A stretch of DNA of 27,935 nucleotides from Candidatus Sericytochromatia bacterium. GTDB taxonomy: Bacteria > Cyanobacteriota > Sericytochromatia > S15B-MN24 > UBA4093. Of the stretch, positions 19,797 through 27,935 are shown piece by piece; the stretch's first letter is position 1; the number at the start of each line of letters is the position of its first letter. The stretch is taken from contig JAKFBU010000066.1 of NCBI GenBank assembly GCA_036676985.1, positions 1-27,935 on the forward strand, in the 5' to 3' direction. The translations under genes and the position numbers were made by a program. The notes beneath the pieces are model-generated. The model had not been told where the DNA came from, did not search any database, and saw nothing but the letters and a program-made list of their open reading frames with translations.

Positions 19797-21050
19797 ATGA
19801 TTCCGAACCTCGGCCGATCTTGGCGAAACTTCGACGTGATCCTCTTTCTGGGGGTCGCCGCCATCCTGCTGTTCGGATTGACGGCCATCTCGTCGGTGAA
19901 CCATGGCGACATGGTCCGCCAGCTGGTGAACATGGTGCCGGCCCTGGTCGCCATGTTCTTCTTCATCCTGTACGGCTACGACTGGCTGGACGGAAAGCCC
20001 GCCTGGGTCTTCTACGCCATCTGCATCGGCCTGTTGATCGCGGTTGAAATCATGGGCCACTCGGCCCTGGGCGCTCAGCGCTGGCTCCAGATCGGGCCCA
20101 TGAAGGTCCAGCCGTCCGAGTATGCCAAGCTCGGCCTCATCGTCATCCTCGCGAAGGTGCTCTCGGAGAAGAACATCCACTCGCCCGAGGGCTTCATGCA
20201 GAGCATGGGCGTCGTCGCGGTGCCCTGGCTCCTGATCTTCAAGCAGCCGGACCTGGGCACGAGCCTCGTCTACGGGGCCATCACCTTGGGCATGCTCTTC
20301 TGGGCGGGGCTGCCGGTCTCGACCCTCTTCAAGATCGTCTCGCCCATCATCTCGCTCGTCATCTGCATGCCGTTCGTGCTCTTCGACGACCCGGGGGTCC
20401 ACCGGGCCGTCCTGATGCTCATGGCCGTGTACCTCGGGGGGCTGGGGTTGTGGCTCTTCATGACCCGCAAGCAGCACTGGCTGGTGCCCGCGGGCGTGTG
20501 GGTGATGAACCTGGGGGCAGGCCTCGCGATGCCCGTGGCCTGGGGCATCCTCAAGGAGTACCAGAAGAACCGCATCCGGACCTTCATCAACCCGGAGGCC
20601 GACCCGCTCGGCACGGGCTACCACGTGATCCAGTCGATGATCGCAGTGGGCTCGGGGGGAATCTTCGGCAAGGGGCTGTTCCACGGCACGCAGACGCAGC
20701 TGCACTTCATCCCGGAGCAGCACACGGACTTCATCTTCAGCGTGGTGGGCGAGGAGATGGGCTTCATCGGGGGCATTGCCCTGTTGGCCCTGTACGTGCT
20801 GGTGCTGGTGCGCGGCCTCATCGTGGCGGATCGGGCCAAGGACAAGTTCGGCTCGCTGCTGGCGATCGGCGTTGTGACGATGCTGACCTTCCACCTGTTC
20901 GTGAACATGGGCATGGCGACGGGCATCATGCCGGTCGTGGGCATCCCGCTGCCACTGATGAGCTACGGGGGCACGGCCTTGATGACCAACTTCGCGGCCA
21001 TCGGCCTGTTGCAGAGCATCAGCATGCGACGGAAAAAGCTACTTTTTTAA
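19797..21050 (+). CDS. rodA: Rod shape-determining SEDS glycosyltransferase RodA
   Basis: GAQRW, QPSEYAK, QPDLGT, GYHVIQSMIAVGSGG, PEQHTDFIF, PLMSYGG; located in the mre/min cluster. Confidence 0.95.
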   Translation: MIPNLGRSWRNFDVILFLGVAAILLFGLTAISSVNHGDMVRQLVNMVPALVAMFFFILYGYDWLDGKPAWVFYAICIGLLIAVEIMGHSALGAQRWLQIGPMKVQPSEYAKLGLIVILAKVLSEKNIHSPEGFMQSMGVVAVPWLLIFKQPDLGTSLVYGAITLGMLFWAGLPVSTLFKIVSPIISLVICMPFVLFDDPGVHRAVLMLMAVYLGGLGLWLFMTRKQHWLVPAGVWVMNLGAGLAMPVAWGILKEYQKNRIRTFINPEADPLGTGYHVIQSMIAVGSGGIFGKGLFHGTQTQLHFIPEQHTDFIFSVVGEEMGFIGGIALLALYVLVLVRGLIVADRAKDKFGSLLAIGVVTMLTFHLFVNMGMATGIMPVVGIPLPLMSYGGTALMTNFAAIGLLQSISMRRKKLLF

Positions 21051-21062
21051 TTTAAATGATCG

Positions 21063-21085
21063 CTGTTATGATGAAATCATAACAG
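21063..21085. promoter_or_regulatory. AT-rich perfect palindrome (operator/promoter candidate)
   Basis: CTGTTATGAT-gaa-ATCATAACAG; each arm contains TGnTATGAT, resembling an extended -10. Confidence 0.5.
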
Positions 21086-21113
21086 GCGGTGGTTTCAGTA
21101 GCAGCGGAGGCCC

Positions 21114-21575
21114 ATGAGTCGAAGATACGCGGGGTGCGGCGTTTTGATCCTGCTACTGGGAGTGGCAGGGTGCACACCGGGCTGGTTTGCCCAATCGAGT
21201 GACGGCTTGGGCGGTGACTGGACGGCCGAGGTCAGGCCCGCTTCTCCTGTCATCGGGCAGCCTTTCACCGTCATGGGGTACTGCAGTGTCCCCCGGGAGC
21301 TGTTGACCACGACGTTGGTGCGTATTCAGCTGAGCCCCGCCCAAGGGTTCTCGAATCATCGGCTGGATATCGGGACGGCCTCCCTGGATACCGAAGGGCG
21401 CTTCAGCTGGTCCGACACCTTGCGTCCTAATTACGGTGGCATCGCGATAACGGCGAGCCAGAGCTACCAGCTCTACCCCGTCCTTGCGGGGGTTCGTCCC
21501 AAGGGATCGCAAGCGACGGTCTCATTGGACAGCTTGAGCGTAGGGTTCACGCCGCTCGCAACGTCTGGGCCATAG
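21114..21575 (+). CDS. Hypothetical lipoprotein
   Basis: GGAGG RBS. MSRR, a hydrophobic stretch and lipobox VAG-C, then a beta-rich mature region. Atypical codon usage. Confidence 0.7.
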   Translation: MSRRYAGCGVLILLLGVAGCTPGWFAQSSDGLGGDWTAEVRPASPVIGQPFTVMGYCSVPRELLTTTLVRIQLSPAQGFSNHRLDIGTASLDTEGRFSWSDTLRPNYGGIAITASQSYQLYPVLAGVRPKGSQATVSLDSLSVGFTPLATSGP

Positions 21576-21638
21576 TCTGGCGCTACCTGCCTCCATGCGG
21601 TTAAATGGCAACGATTTGTTGCGCGCTTAGGAGGCATC

Positions 21639-22517
21639 ATGGACATTAAACGCATCGCCGTGATCGGCGCGGGGGCAATGGGCTCGGGGATCGCCCAGGT
21701 TGCTGCCACCTCGGGCATCGAGGTCTCGCTTCGGGACATCACCGACGAGCGCCTGAGGGCCGCGGTGCTCGGAATCGAGAAGAGCTTGGGACGTCTCGTA
21801 AAGGCAGGCAAGCTCGCCGAAGACGAGGCCCGTACCGTGCTCGGCCGCATTTCCACCGAGGTGGAGGTCGCCCCGTCTGTCGAGAAGGCGGATTACGTCA
21901 TCGAGGCCATCCATGAGGACCTCAAGCTCAAGCAGGAGCTGTTCGCGGACCTGCACCGCCTGGCCCCCTCCCACGCCATCCTCGCCACCAACACCACCCA
22001 GCTCTCCGTGACGGCCATCGCCGCCGCCACCGGCCGCCCCGACCGGGTCATCGGCATGCACTGGTTCAATCCGCCCCCCGTCATGCGCCTCATCGAGATC
22101 GTCATGGGCGTGGCCACCTCGCCCGAGACCCTCAAGGCCACGGAGGAGCTCTCGCACCGCCTCGGCAAGGAGACGGTCGTCTGCAAGGACTCCCAGGGCT
22201 TCATCACCAGCCGGGCCCTGAGCGCGCACATGATGGAGTGCATCCGGATCGCCGAAGAGGGGGTCGCCACCAAGGAGGACATCGACAAGGCCATCCGACT
22301 CGGCCTCAACTACCCGATGGGCCCCTTCGAGCTCGCGGACTACGTGGGCCTGGACGTGCTCTACCACTCCAGCTTCGGCCTCGTGGAGGCGTACGGCGAT
22401 CGCCATCGCGCCCCCCAGTCGCTCGTGAAGCTGGTCGAGGCGGGTCACATGGGCCGCAAATCCGGCAAGGGCTTCTACGACTACCCGCAGCAGACGGCCA
22501 AACCGGCGCAAGTCTAG
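21639..22517 (+). CDS. 3-hydroxyacyl-CoA (3-hydroxybutyryl-CoA) dehydrogenase
   Basis: VIGAGAMGSGIAQ, VIEAIHE..K, LATNT, IGMHWFNPPP, YPMGPFELADYVGLD, GRKSGKGFYDY. AGGAGG RBS. Confidence 0.93.
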   Translation: MDIKRIAVIGAGAMGSGIAQVAATSGIEVSLRDITDERLRAAVLGIEKSLGRLVKAGKLAEDEARTVLGRISTEVEVAPSVEKADYVIEAIHEDLKLKQELFADLHRLAPSHAILATNTTQLSVTAIAAATGRPDRVIGMHWFNPPPVMRLIEIVMGVATSPETLKATEELSHRLGKETVVCKDSQGFITSRALSAHMMECIRIAEEGVATKEDIDKAIRLGLNYPMGPFELADYVGLDVLYHSSFGLVEAYGDRHRAPQSLVKLVEAGHMGRKSGKGFYDYPQQTAKPAQV

Positions 22518-22651
22518 GGCCGAGCGAACAGGGGGCACCCCTGTGGCCACCGAGGGTTCCGCATGCTCCGGCGCGTCAGGTCAAGGCCTGGCGCGTCGTT
22601 GCCGTATGGCCATGCCGGAGCTAGGCTCGTGGCAAGTGGAAGGAGGCCCCC

Positions 22652-22864
22652 ATGGAGCGAAAGCCTGATATTCCCGACCTCAACATCCGCGCGGGCGTGG
22701 TCGACCGCACCACGGCTTCGACCGAGCGCGCCTTCAAGTGCGCCAAGTGCGGCAACGTGATCGATCTCGACGAGGGTCTGAGCGAGGCGGTCTGCGACGT
22801 GTGCGGCAACCAGTGCACCATGCAGACGTGCCAGGTGCTCTGGGTCAGCGAGGAAGGCTTCTAG
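22652..22864 (+). CDS. Small Cys-rich, probable zinc-ribbon protein (70 aa)
   Basis: AAGGAGG RBS, host-like codons, and pattern C-x2-C-x14-C-x2-C-x3-C-x4-C. Confidence 0.75.
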   Translation: MERKPDIPDLNIRAGVVDRTTASTERAFKCAKCGNVIDLDEGLSEAVCDVCGNQCTMQTCQVLWVSEEGF

Positions 22865-24450
22865 AAGGGCAACGCCAGGGGGCCCGTGCCGCCGGCACCG
22901 CGGACCACGGGGACCTGGACGAAGCGCACGAGCGTGCCGAGGTACTTGGTCCAGGCATCGGCCTTCTCGAGGGCTCCCCAGGTCTCGACGTCGCAGGCGG
23001 CGTCGGCCTGGAGGAAGAAGACCGTCTCCTGGCCTTCCAGCCGCACGGACACGTCCTTGACGACCCGCGTGCCCGAGTGATCGAGCGCGTCGGCCACCCG
23101 CAGGATGGCGATGAGCTTTCCGGCGGCCTCGCGCTGCTGGGGGCTCAGCGCCTTGAAGTTGGGGTGCTTGTCCTTGGGCAGGGACTTGCGGTGGTAGCGT
23201 GCGACGTTCGCCATCAGCTCGATCTCGGGCTCGTGGAAGCCCAGCAACTCCGCGTGCCGGATCAGGTAGTAGGAGTGCTTGTGGTGCGACGAGTGGTTGA
23301 TGTGGAACCCCACGTCGTGCAGGAGGGCAGCACCCTCCAGTAGGTCCCGGTAGTTCCGGGAGAGGCCATGCAGGGCCGTCGTCTGGTCGAAGATGCTGAG
23401 GGCGAGCTTGGCCACCTGCTCGGCGTGGCCGGCGTCGTAGCCGAAGCGCTCGCCAGTGGCGCGTACGGCGCGCGATCGCACGTGGTCGTGGACGTGCTCG
23501 GCATCCTCCAGGATGCCCTCGCGGTAGAGGGCGTCGAGCACGATGCCCTCGCGCAGGGCGCGATCGCACAGCGTCAGCTGCGGCATGTCCAGCTCGTCCA
23601 TCACCGTCGAGAGGATGCCCGCGCCCGAGACGATGATGTCGGCCCGCCGAGGGGGGAGGCCCTCGATCTTCTGGCGCTCCTTCATGGGAAGCTGGCGCAG
23701 GCGCTGCTCCAGGGTCCGGAGGCGATCGCGTTGGAGCTTGAAGCCGTTCATGCCCTTGGGCGGCTTGAGTCCGTCCTGGGCTGCGGCAATCTCGCCCAGC
23801 GTGAGGGCCGTGCCCGAGGTCGCGATCAGGAAGTCGTAGCCCACCTCGCGCATGACGGGCACGAGCTGGTGCAGGATCCCCTTTACATGGGCGATGAGGC
23901 GGTAATAGGCCTCGGGCGTGATGGGGTCTTCCTTGAGGAACTGCTCGTAGAGGCGGACCGCGCCGATCTTGAGGCTGCGCGCGAAGAGGAGCTCGGTGGG
24001 CGTCCCGATGACGAGCTCCGTGCTCGCCCCGCCGATGTCCACGATGGCCGCCTTGCGGCCGCGGAAGTTGACGGCCGTGGTCACGCCCAGGTAGATGAGG
24101 CGCGCCTCCTCGGTGCCCGAGATGGGCTCGACCGCGATGCCGGCCTCTGCCTCGGCGCGCTTGAGGAAGGCCTCGGCGTTCCGCGCTTCGCGCACCGCAC
24201 TGGTCGCCACCGCCACGATCCGGTCGGCGCCATGCTGTTCGGCCAGGCGCTTGAAGCGCTTGAGGGCGTCCACGCCCCGCTCGATGGCGTCGTCCGACAG
24301 GAGCTGGGTCACGGCGAAATCACGGCTCGCGAGGCGGACCATCTCCTTGTCCTTGGCGACCGTCTCCCAGGTGTGGCGACCCTCGTCCACCCGCACGATG
24401 AGCAGGTGAAAGGAGTTCGAACCGCAGTCGATAGCAGCCAAGGTCTTCAT
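22861..24450 (-). CDS. ppx: Ppx/GppA exopolyphosphatase with C-terminal HD domain
   Basis: AAIDCGSNSFHL, ATSAVREARN, EEARLIY, DIGGASTE, RADII, LREG, LLHDVG, LRVADALD. Start taken at ATG 24450; its stop overlaps the convergent small gene. Confidence 0.93.
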   Translation of the reverse strand: MKTLAAIDCGSNSFHLLIVRVDEGRHTWETVAKDKEMVRLASRDFAVTQLLSDDAIERGVDALKRFKRLAEQHGADRIVAVATSAVREARNAEAFLKRAEAEAGIAVEPISGTEEARLIYLGVTTAVNFRGRKAAIVDIGGASTELVIGTPTELLFARSLKIGAVRLYEQFLKEDPITPEAYYRLIAHVKGILHQLVPVMREVGYDFLIATSGTALTLGEIAAAQDGLKPPKGMNGFKLQRDRLRTLEQRLRQLPMKERQKIEGLPPRRADIIVSGAGILSTVMDELDMPQLTLCDRALREGIVLDALYREGILEDAEHVHDHVRSRAVRATGERFGYDAGHAEQVAKLALSIFDQTTALHGLSRNYRDLLEGAALLHDVGFHINHSSHHKHSYYLIRHAELLGFHEPEIELMANVARYHRKSLPKDKHPNFKALSPQQREAAGKLIAILRVADALDHSGTRVVKDVSVRLEGQETVFFLQADAACDVETWGALEKADAWTKYLGTLVRFVQVPVVRGAGGTGPLALPF

Positions 24451-24499
24451 GGGAGCCCCCCGAAACGGCCAAGCGCGGCCCGTCATCAAGCGCTTGACC

Positions 24500-24528
24500 A
24501 TCTTGCCACAAACGCGCGGGCTTTTGAA
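24500..24528 (-). promoter_or_regulatory. Candidate promoter for ppx
   Basis: Minus strand reads TTCAAA-N17-CAAGAT with a TG extended -10 motif. Confidence 0.35.
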
Positions 24529-24623
24529 GCCTGCCCCAGTTCGATGCCCCGTGGGGTAAAATAGATAGCGAGGACTCACTAACCGGGTGACCGTGGGACG
24601 CCCGGCGTCGAAGGAGACAGACC

Positions 24624-25826
24624 GTGGGAGATCGTTCGGAAGTCGTCATCGTCAGCGCGGTGCGCACCCCCTATGGCAAGTTCGGCGGAGCCCTGAAGGA
24701 CGTGCCCGGCGTGCAGCTTGCCGCTCACGTCATCCAGGAGTCCTTGAAGCGCGCGAACCTGAGCCCCGACCAGGTCGACGAGGTCTACCTCGGCACCTGC
24801 GTGCCGGCCGAGACGGGCGTCATCGCCCCGGTGGTGGCGCGCCAGGCCCTGCTGCTCGCGGGCATGCCCGAAGAGACGGTGAGCATGACCCTGGACCGGG
24901 CCTGCTGCTCGTCCATGACGGCCATCCAGATGGGCCTGCGCGCCATCCAGGTGGGCGAGGCCGACGTGGTCCTCGCCGTCGGCGCCGAGAACCTGAGCCG
25001 CACGCCCTACGTCACCCCGACCCTCCGCTTCGGCGCGCGCATGGGCCATGTGGAGCTCACCGATCCGCTCCAGATGAAGTACCCCGGCCACGCCCCGGTC
25101 TCGGTAGACACGGGCCACATCGCCCTGGAGCACGGCGTCGGCCGCGAGGACCTCGACGCCTGGGCCCACCGCAGCCAGCAGCGCTACCAGAAGGCGCTCG
25201 GCGAGGGCAAGTACGATGCCGAGATCGCTCCTCTCGAGCTGTCGACCCGCAAGGGACCAGTCATGTTCGACAAGGACGAGTTCCCCAAGCCGGACACGAC
25301 GCCCGAGAGCCTCGCGAAGCTGCCCACAGTCTACGGCAGTCCCACGGTGACGCCGGGGAACGCCCCCGGGCTGGATGCCGGTGCCACGGCCATCCTGCTC
25401 ATGAGCCGAAAGAAGGCCGAGGAGCTTGGCCTCAAGCCGCTGGCCACCGTCCTGACGGTCGCGAGCGTGGCGGGCGAGCCCAAGGACATCGTGACCATTC
25501 CCGCCAAGGCCATCGAGAAGGGGCTCGCGAAGACGGGGCTCAAGCTCGAGGACCTGTCCCTCATCGAGATCAACGAGGCGTTCGCGGCCATGCCGCTGGT
25601 CTCGACCAAGCTCCTGGGCGGCGGGGACGATGCCAAGGTCGAGGCGCTGCGCGAGAAGACCAACGTCAACGGCGGGGCGATCGCCATCGGCCACCCGGTG
25701 GGCGCCTCGGGCGCGCGCATCGTCATGGCGCTCGTCAACGAGCTCGGCCGGCGGGGCGGCGGCTACGGCGCGGCCTCCATCTGTGGCGGCCTCGGCCAGG
25801 GTGACTGCACCATCGTCAAGGTCTAG
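24624..25826 (+). CDS. Thiolase (acetyl-CoA C-acyltransferase)
   Basis: SAVRTPYGKFGG, RACCSS (catalytic Cys), EINEAFA, NGGAIAIGHPVGASG, ICGGLGQG. AAGGAG RBS. Confidence 0.95.
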   Translation: MGDRSEVVIVSAVRTPYGKFGGALKDVPGVQLAAHVIQESLKRANLSPDQVDEVYLGTCVPAETGVIAPVVARQALLLAGMPEETVSMTLDRACCSSMTAIQMGLRAIQVGEADVVLAVGAENLSRTPYVTPTLRFGARMGHVELTDPLQMKYPGHAPVSVDTGHIALEHGVGREDLDAWAHRSQQRYQKALGEGKYDAEIAPLELSTRKGPVMFDKDEFPKPDTTPESLAKLPTVYGSPTVTPGNAPGLDAGATAILLMSRKKAEELGLKPLATVLTVASVAGEPKDIVTIPAKAIEKGLAKTGLKLEDLSLIEINEAFAAMPLVSTKLLGGGDDAKVEALREKTNVNGGAIAIGHPVGASGARIVMALVNELGRRGGGYGAASICGGLGQGDCTIVKV

Positions 25827-25828
25827 CC

Positions 25829-26962
25829 ATGCTGCCCCTCGAAGGCGTGAGGGTCCTGGATCTCAGCCGGCTGCTGCCGGGACCCTTCTGCTCGATGCTC
25901 TTGGCCGACTACGGCGCCGAGGTCATCAAGGTCGAGGATCCGGGGCTCGGGGACTACCTGCGCTGGTACCCCCCCATGATCGAGGAGACGAGCGCCTACT
26001 TCGTCGCGCTCAACCGCAACAAGAAGAGCGTCACGCTCAACCTCAAGGACCCCGAGGGCGTCGCTCTCTTGCGCCGGCTCGCCGAAACGGCGGACGTGTT
26101 GCTGGAGAGCTTCCGGCCGGGAGTGGCGGATCGGCTCGGGGTGGGCTATGCAGACCTCAAGGCCGCCAACCCACGCCTGATCTACTGTTCGTTGACGGGA
26201 TACGGGCAAACGGGGCCCTATCGCGATCGCTCGGGCCATGACCTGAACTACATGGCGCTAGCAGGGGCACTCGCCCAGCTGCGGCCGGGTCCGGACACGT
26301 TGCCCATTCTGCCGGGCGTCCAGATGGCGGACATCGCGGGGGCCATGTATGCCGCCCAGTCCATTACCATGGCCCTCTTCGCCCGGGAGCGCAGCGGGGC
26401 GGGGGCGTACCTGGACGTGGCCATGCTGGATGCGGCCATGAGCTGGCTGCCTTTTGTGGCGGCACGCACCTTCGCGGAAGGGACGGCACCGCGCCCCGGT
26501 ATCACCGAGCTGAACGGGGCCCTGGCCCGGTATGGGGTGTACGGCACGGCGGACGGCAAGGCCGTGGCCCTCGGAGCCCTGGAGGACAAGTTCTGGCACG
26601 CCTTCTGCGCGGCGGCCGGCCACCCGGAGTGGGTCAAGGAGCCATCCGAAGATACGCTCAGGCGGGCGCTATCGGAGTTCTTCACTGGGCGATCGCGCGA
26701 TGAATGGGCGGCCTGGGCCCGGGAGAAGGACCTATGCCTCGAGCCCGTGCTGGAGTTCGACGAGTCGCTCGACCACCCGCAGGTACAGGCCCGCAGACTG
26801 GTCGCGACCAATCAACTACGCTCGCCCGTCCCCTTCCCGGGGGTAGACGCGGGCCTTCGTACCCCTTCCCCTCGCCTTGGCGAGCACACCGCGGAGATCC
26901 TCGGTGAGCTGGGGCTCGATCCGTCGGAGGTTCAGTCGTTGCGCGAGCGCGCCGTCTTGTAG
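25829..26962 (+). CDS. CaiB/BaiF family III CoA transferase / acyl-CoA racemase-like
   Basis: VLDLSRLLPGPF, GAEVIKVE, NRNKKSVTLNLK, ESFRPGV, GYGQTGPY, GHDLNY, PRLGEHT. Confidence 0.93.
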   Translation: MLPLEGVRVLDLSRLLPGPFCSMLLADYGAEVIKVEDPGLGDYLRWYPPMIEETSAYFVALNRNKKSVTLNLKDPEGVALLRRLAETADVLLESFRPGVADRLGVGYADLKAANPRLIYCSLTGYGQTGPYRDRSGHDLNYMALAGALAQLRPGPDTLPILPGVQMADIAGAMYAAQSITMALFARERSGAGAYLDVAMLDAAMSWLPFVAARTFAEGTAPRPGITELNGALARYGVYGTADGKAVALGALEDKFWHAFCAAAGHPEWVKEPSEDTLRRALSEFFTGRSRDEWAAWAREKDLCLEPVLEFDESLDHPQVQARRLVATNQLRSPVPFPGVDAGLRTPSPRLGEHTAEILGELGLDPSEVQSLRERAVL

Positions 26963-26977
26963 CGAGAGGAGCAGGCC

Positions 26978-27935
26978 ATGGACTTCACCCTGAACGAGGA
27001 GCAGCAGGCCATCCGGGACATGGTCGCGGACTTCGCCCAGCGCGAGTTGGCGCTGCATGCGGCCGAACTCGAAGAGCGCGGGGAGTTCTCGTGGGACAAC
27101 TTCCGGCGCATGGGGGAACTGGGCCTCACGGGCCTGCTCACGCCCGAAGCGTACGGTGGCGCGGGCTCCACGCGCCTCATCGCGGCGCTGGTGGCCGAGG
27201 AGATCGCCAAGGTCTGCGCGGGCTCTGGGGCGGCGCTCGGCGTGCACCTCATGGTGCAGACGCTCATCAGCCGTTTCGGGACCGAGCAGCAGAAAGAGCG
27301 CTACCTGCCCGCGCTCGCGCGGGGCGAGCGTCTGGGAGCCTTTTCGCTGACCGAGGCGGGCTCGGGGTCGGATGCGGCGAGCCTCATCACCACAGCACGC
27401 CTGGAAGGCGACGAGTACGTCCTGAACGGCACCAAGCTCTTCGTCACCTCGGGCGGCGAGGCGGATGTGTACGCGGTCATGGCGCGCACGGGCGGGCCGG
27501 GGCCCAAGGGTATCAGCACGTTCATCGTCGAGAAGGGAAACCCCGGGCTCATCTTCGGCAAGAAGGAGCACAAGATGGGGTTCGGCGCCTCGCCGACCCG
27601 CGAGCTCATCTTCGAGAACTGCCGGGTCTCCAGGGATGCGCTGTTGGGTCAGCAGGAGGGGATCGGCTTCACGGTCGCCATGACGGCCCTCGACGGGGGC
27701 CGGATCTCGGTGGGGGCGGCGGCCGTGGGCATCGCCCAGGCGGCCCTGGACCATGCCCTGCGCTATGCGCGGGAAAGGGCCCAGTTCGGCAAGGCGATCG
27801 CCGAGTTCCAGGGCATTCAGTTCATGCTGGCCGACATGGCGGCAGACATCGAGGCGTCGCGGCTCCTTGTCTACCAGGCGGCGGACCTGATGGACAAGGG
27901 CATCCCGAGCACGGCCAAGGCGGCGATCGCCAAGC
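26978..27935 (+). CDS. Acyl-CoA dehydrogenase (3'-truncated by window)
   Basis: Absent from the ORF track because there is no stop in the window. ATG 26978 after GAGGAG gives MDFTLNEEQQAIRDMV, GAFSLTEAGSGSDAA, LNGTKLFVTSG, KMG, LDGGRI, RAQFGKAIAEFQGIQFMLADM. Confidence 0.95.
   Translation, partial: MDFTLNEEQQAIRDMVADFAQRELALHAAELEERGEFSWDNFRRMGELGLTGLLTPEAYGGAGSTRLIAALVAEEIAKVCAGSGAALGVHLMVQTLISRFGTEQQKERYLPALARGERLGAFSLTEAGSGSDAASLITTARLEGDEYVLNGTKLFVTSGGEADVYAVMARTGGPGPKGISTFIVEKGNPGLIFGKKEHKMGFGASPTRELIFENCRVSRDALLGQQEGIGFTVAMTALDGGRISVGAAAVGIAQAALDHALRYARERAQFGKAIAEFQGIQFMLADMAADIEASRLLVYQAADLMDKGIPSTAKAAIAK

Noticed and set aside
21063-21085. Possible dif/Xer site (contains TTATG and CATAA)
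   Set aside because: dif has CATAA-N6-TTATG; here the order is reversed and the spacing differs.
22652-22864. RiPP (SCIFF/ranthipeptide) precursor interpretation of the 6-Cys protein
   Set aside because: No radical SAM enzyme, peptidase or transporter is adjacent, and paired CxxC motifs fit a metal-binding ribbon better.
24451-24579. N-terminal extension of Ppx in the ORF track
   Set aside because: Family similarity begins at MKTLAAID (24450); the extension covers the divergent promoter region.

Overview
High-GC bacterial chromosomal window, almost fully coding and mostly on the + strand. In order it contains: (1) the end of a surface-polysaccharide/nucleotide-sugar operon (UDP-glucuronate decarboxylase-like SDR, two GT4 glycosyltransferases, WcaJ-type priming transferase, galE, glmM); (2) a convergent M20 amidohydrolase; (3) a coupled pair of an unknown HExxH protein and a TPR protein, then a porin-like beta-barrel gene; (4) a complete maf-radC-mreBCD-mrdA-minCDE-rodA cell-shape/division cluster; (5) an orphan lipoprotein; (6) acyl-CoA metabolism genes (3-hydroxyacyl-CoA dehydrogenase, thiolase, family III CoA transferase, acyl-CoA dehydrogenase truncated by the window end), interrupted by a small 6-Cys protein and a Ppx/GppA phosphatase. 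The most striking observation is a lower-GC GxxExxY (PD-(D/E)XK-like nuclease) gene inside the polysaccharide operon. It is bracketed by inverted arrays of three CGCAGAT units at 9-nt period, which also encode the protein's own termini, suggesting a minimal mobile or REP-like cassette. Other signals: an unrelated REP-like palindrome at 656-712, an AT-rich patch with promoter-like motifs inside mrdA, an AT-rich perfect palindrome after rodA, and a structured leader before the 6-Cys protein. A porin together with a Clostridia-like mre/min gene order suggests a diderm Terrabacteria lineage, possibly non-photosynthetic Cyanobacteriota; this is inference only. No rRNA, tRNA, CRISPR array or transposase was seen. 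All calls come from motif recognition, with no database searches.
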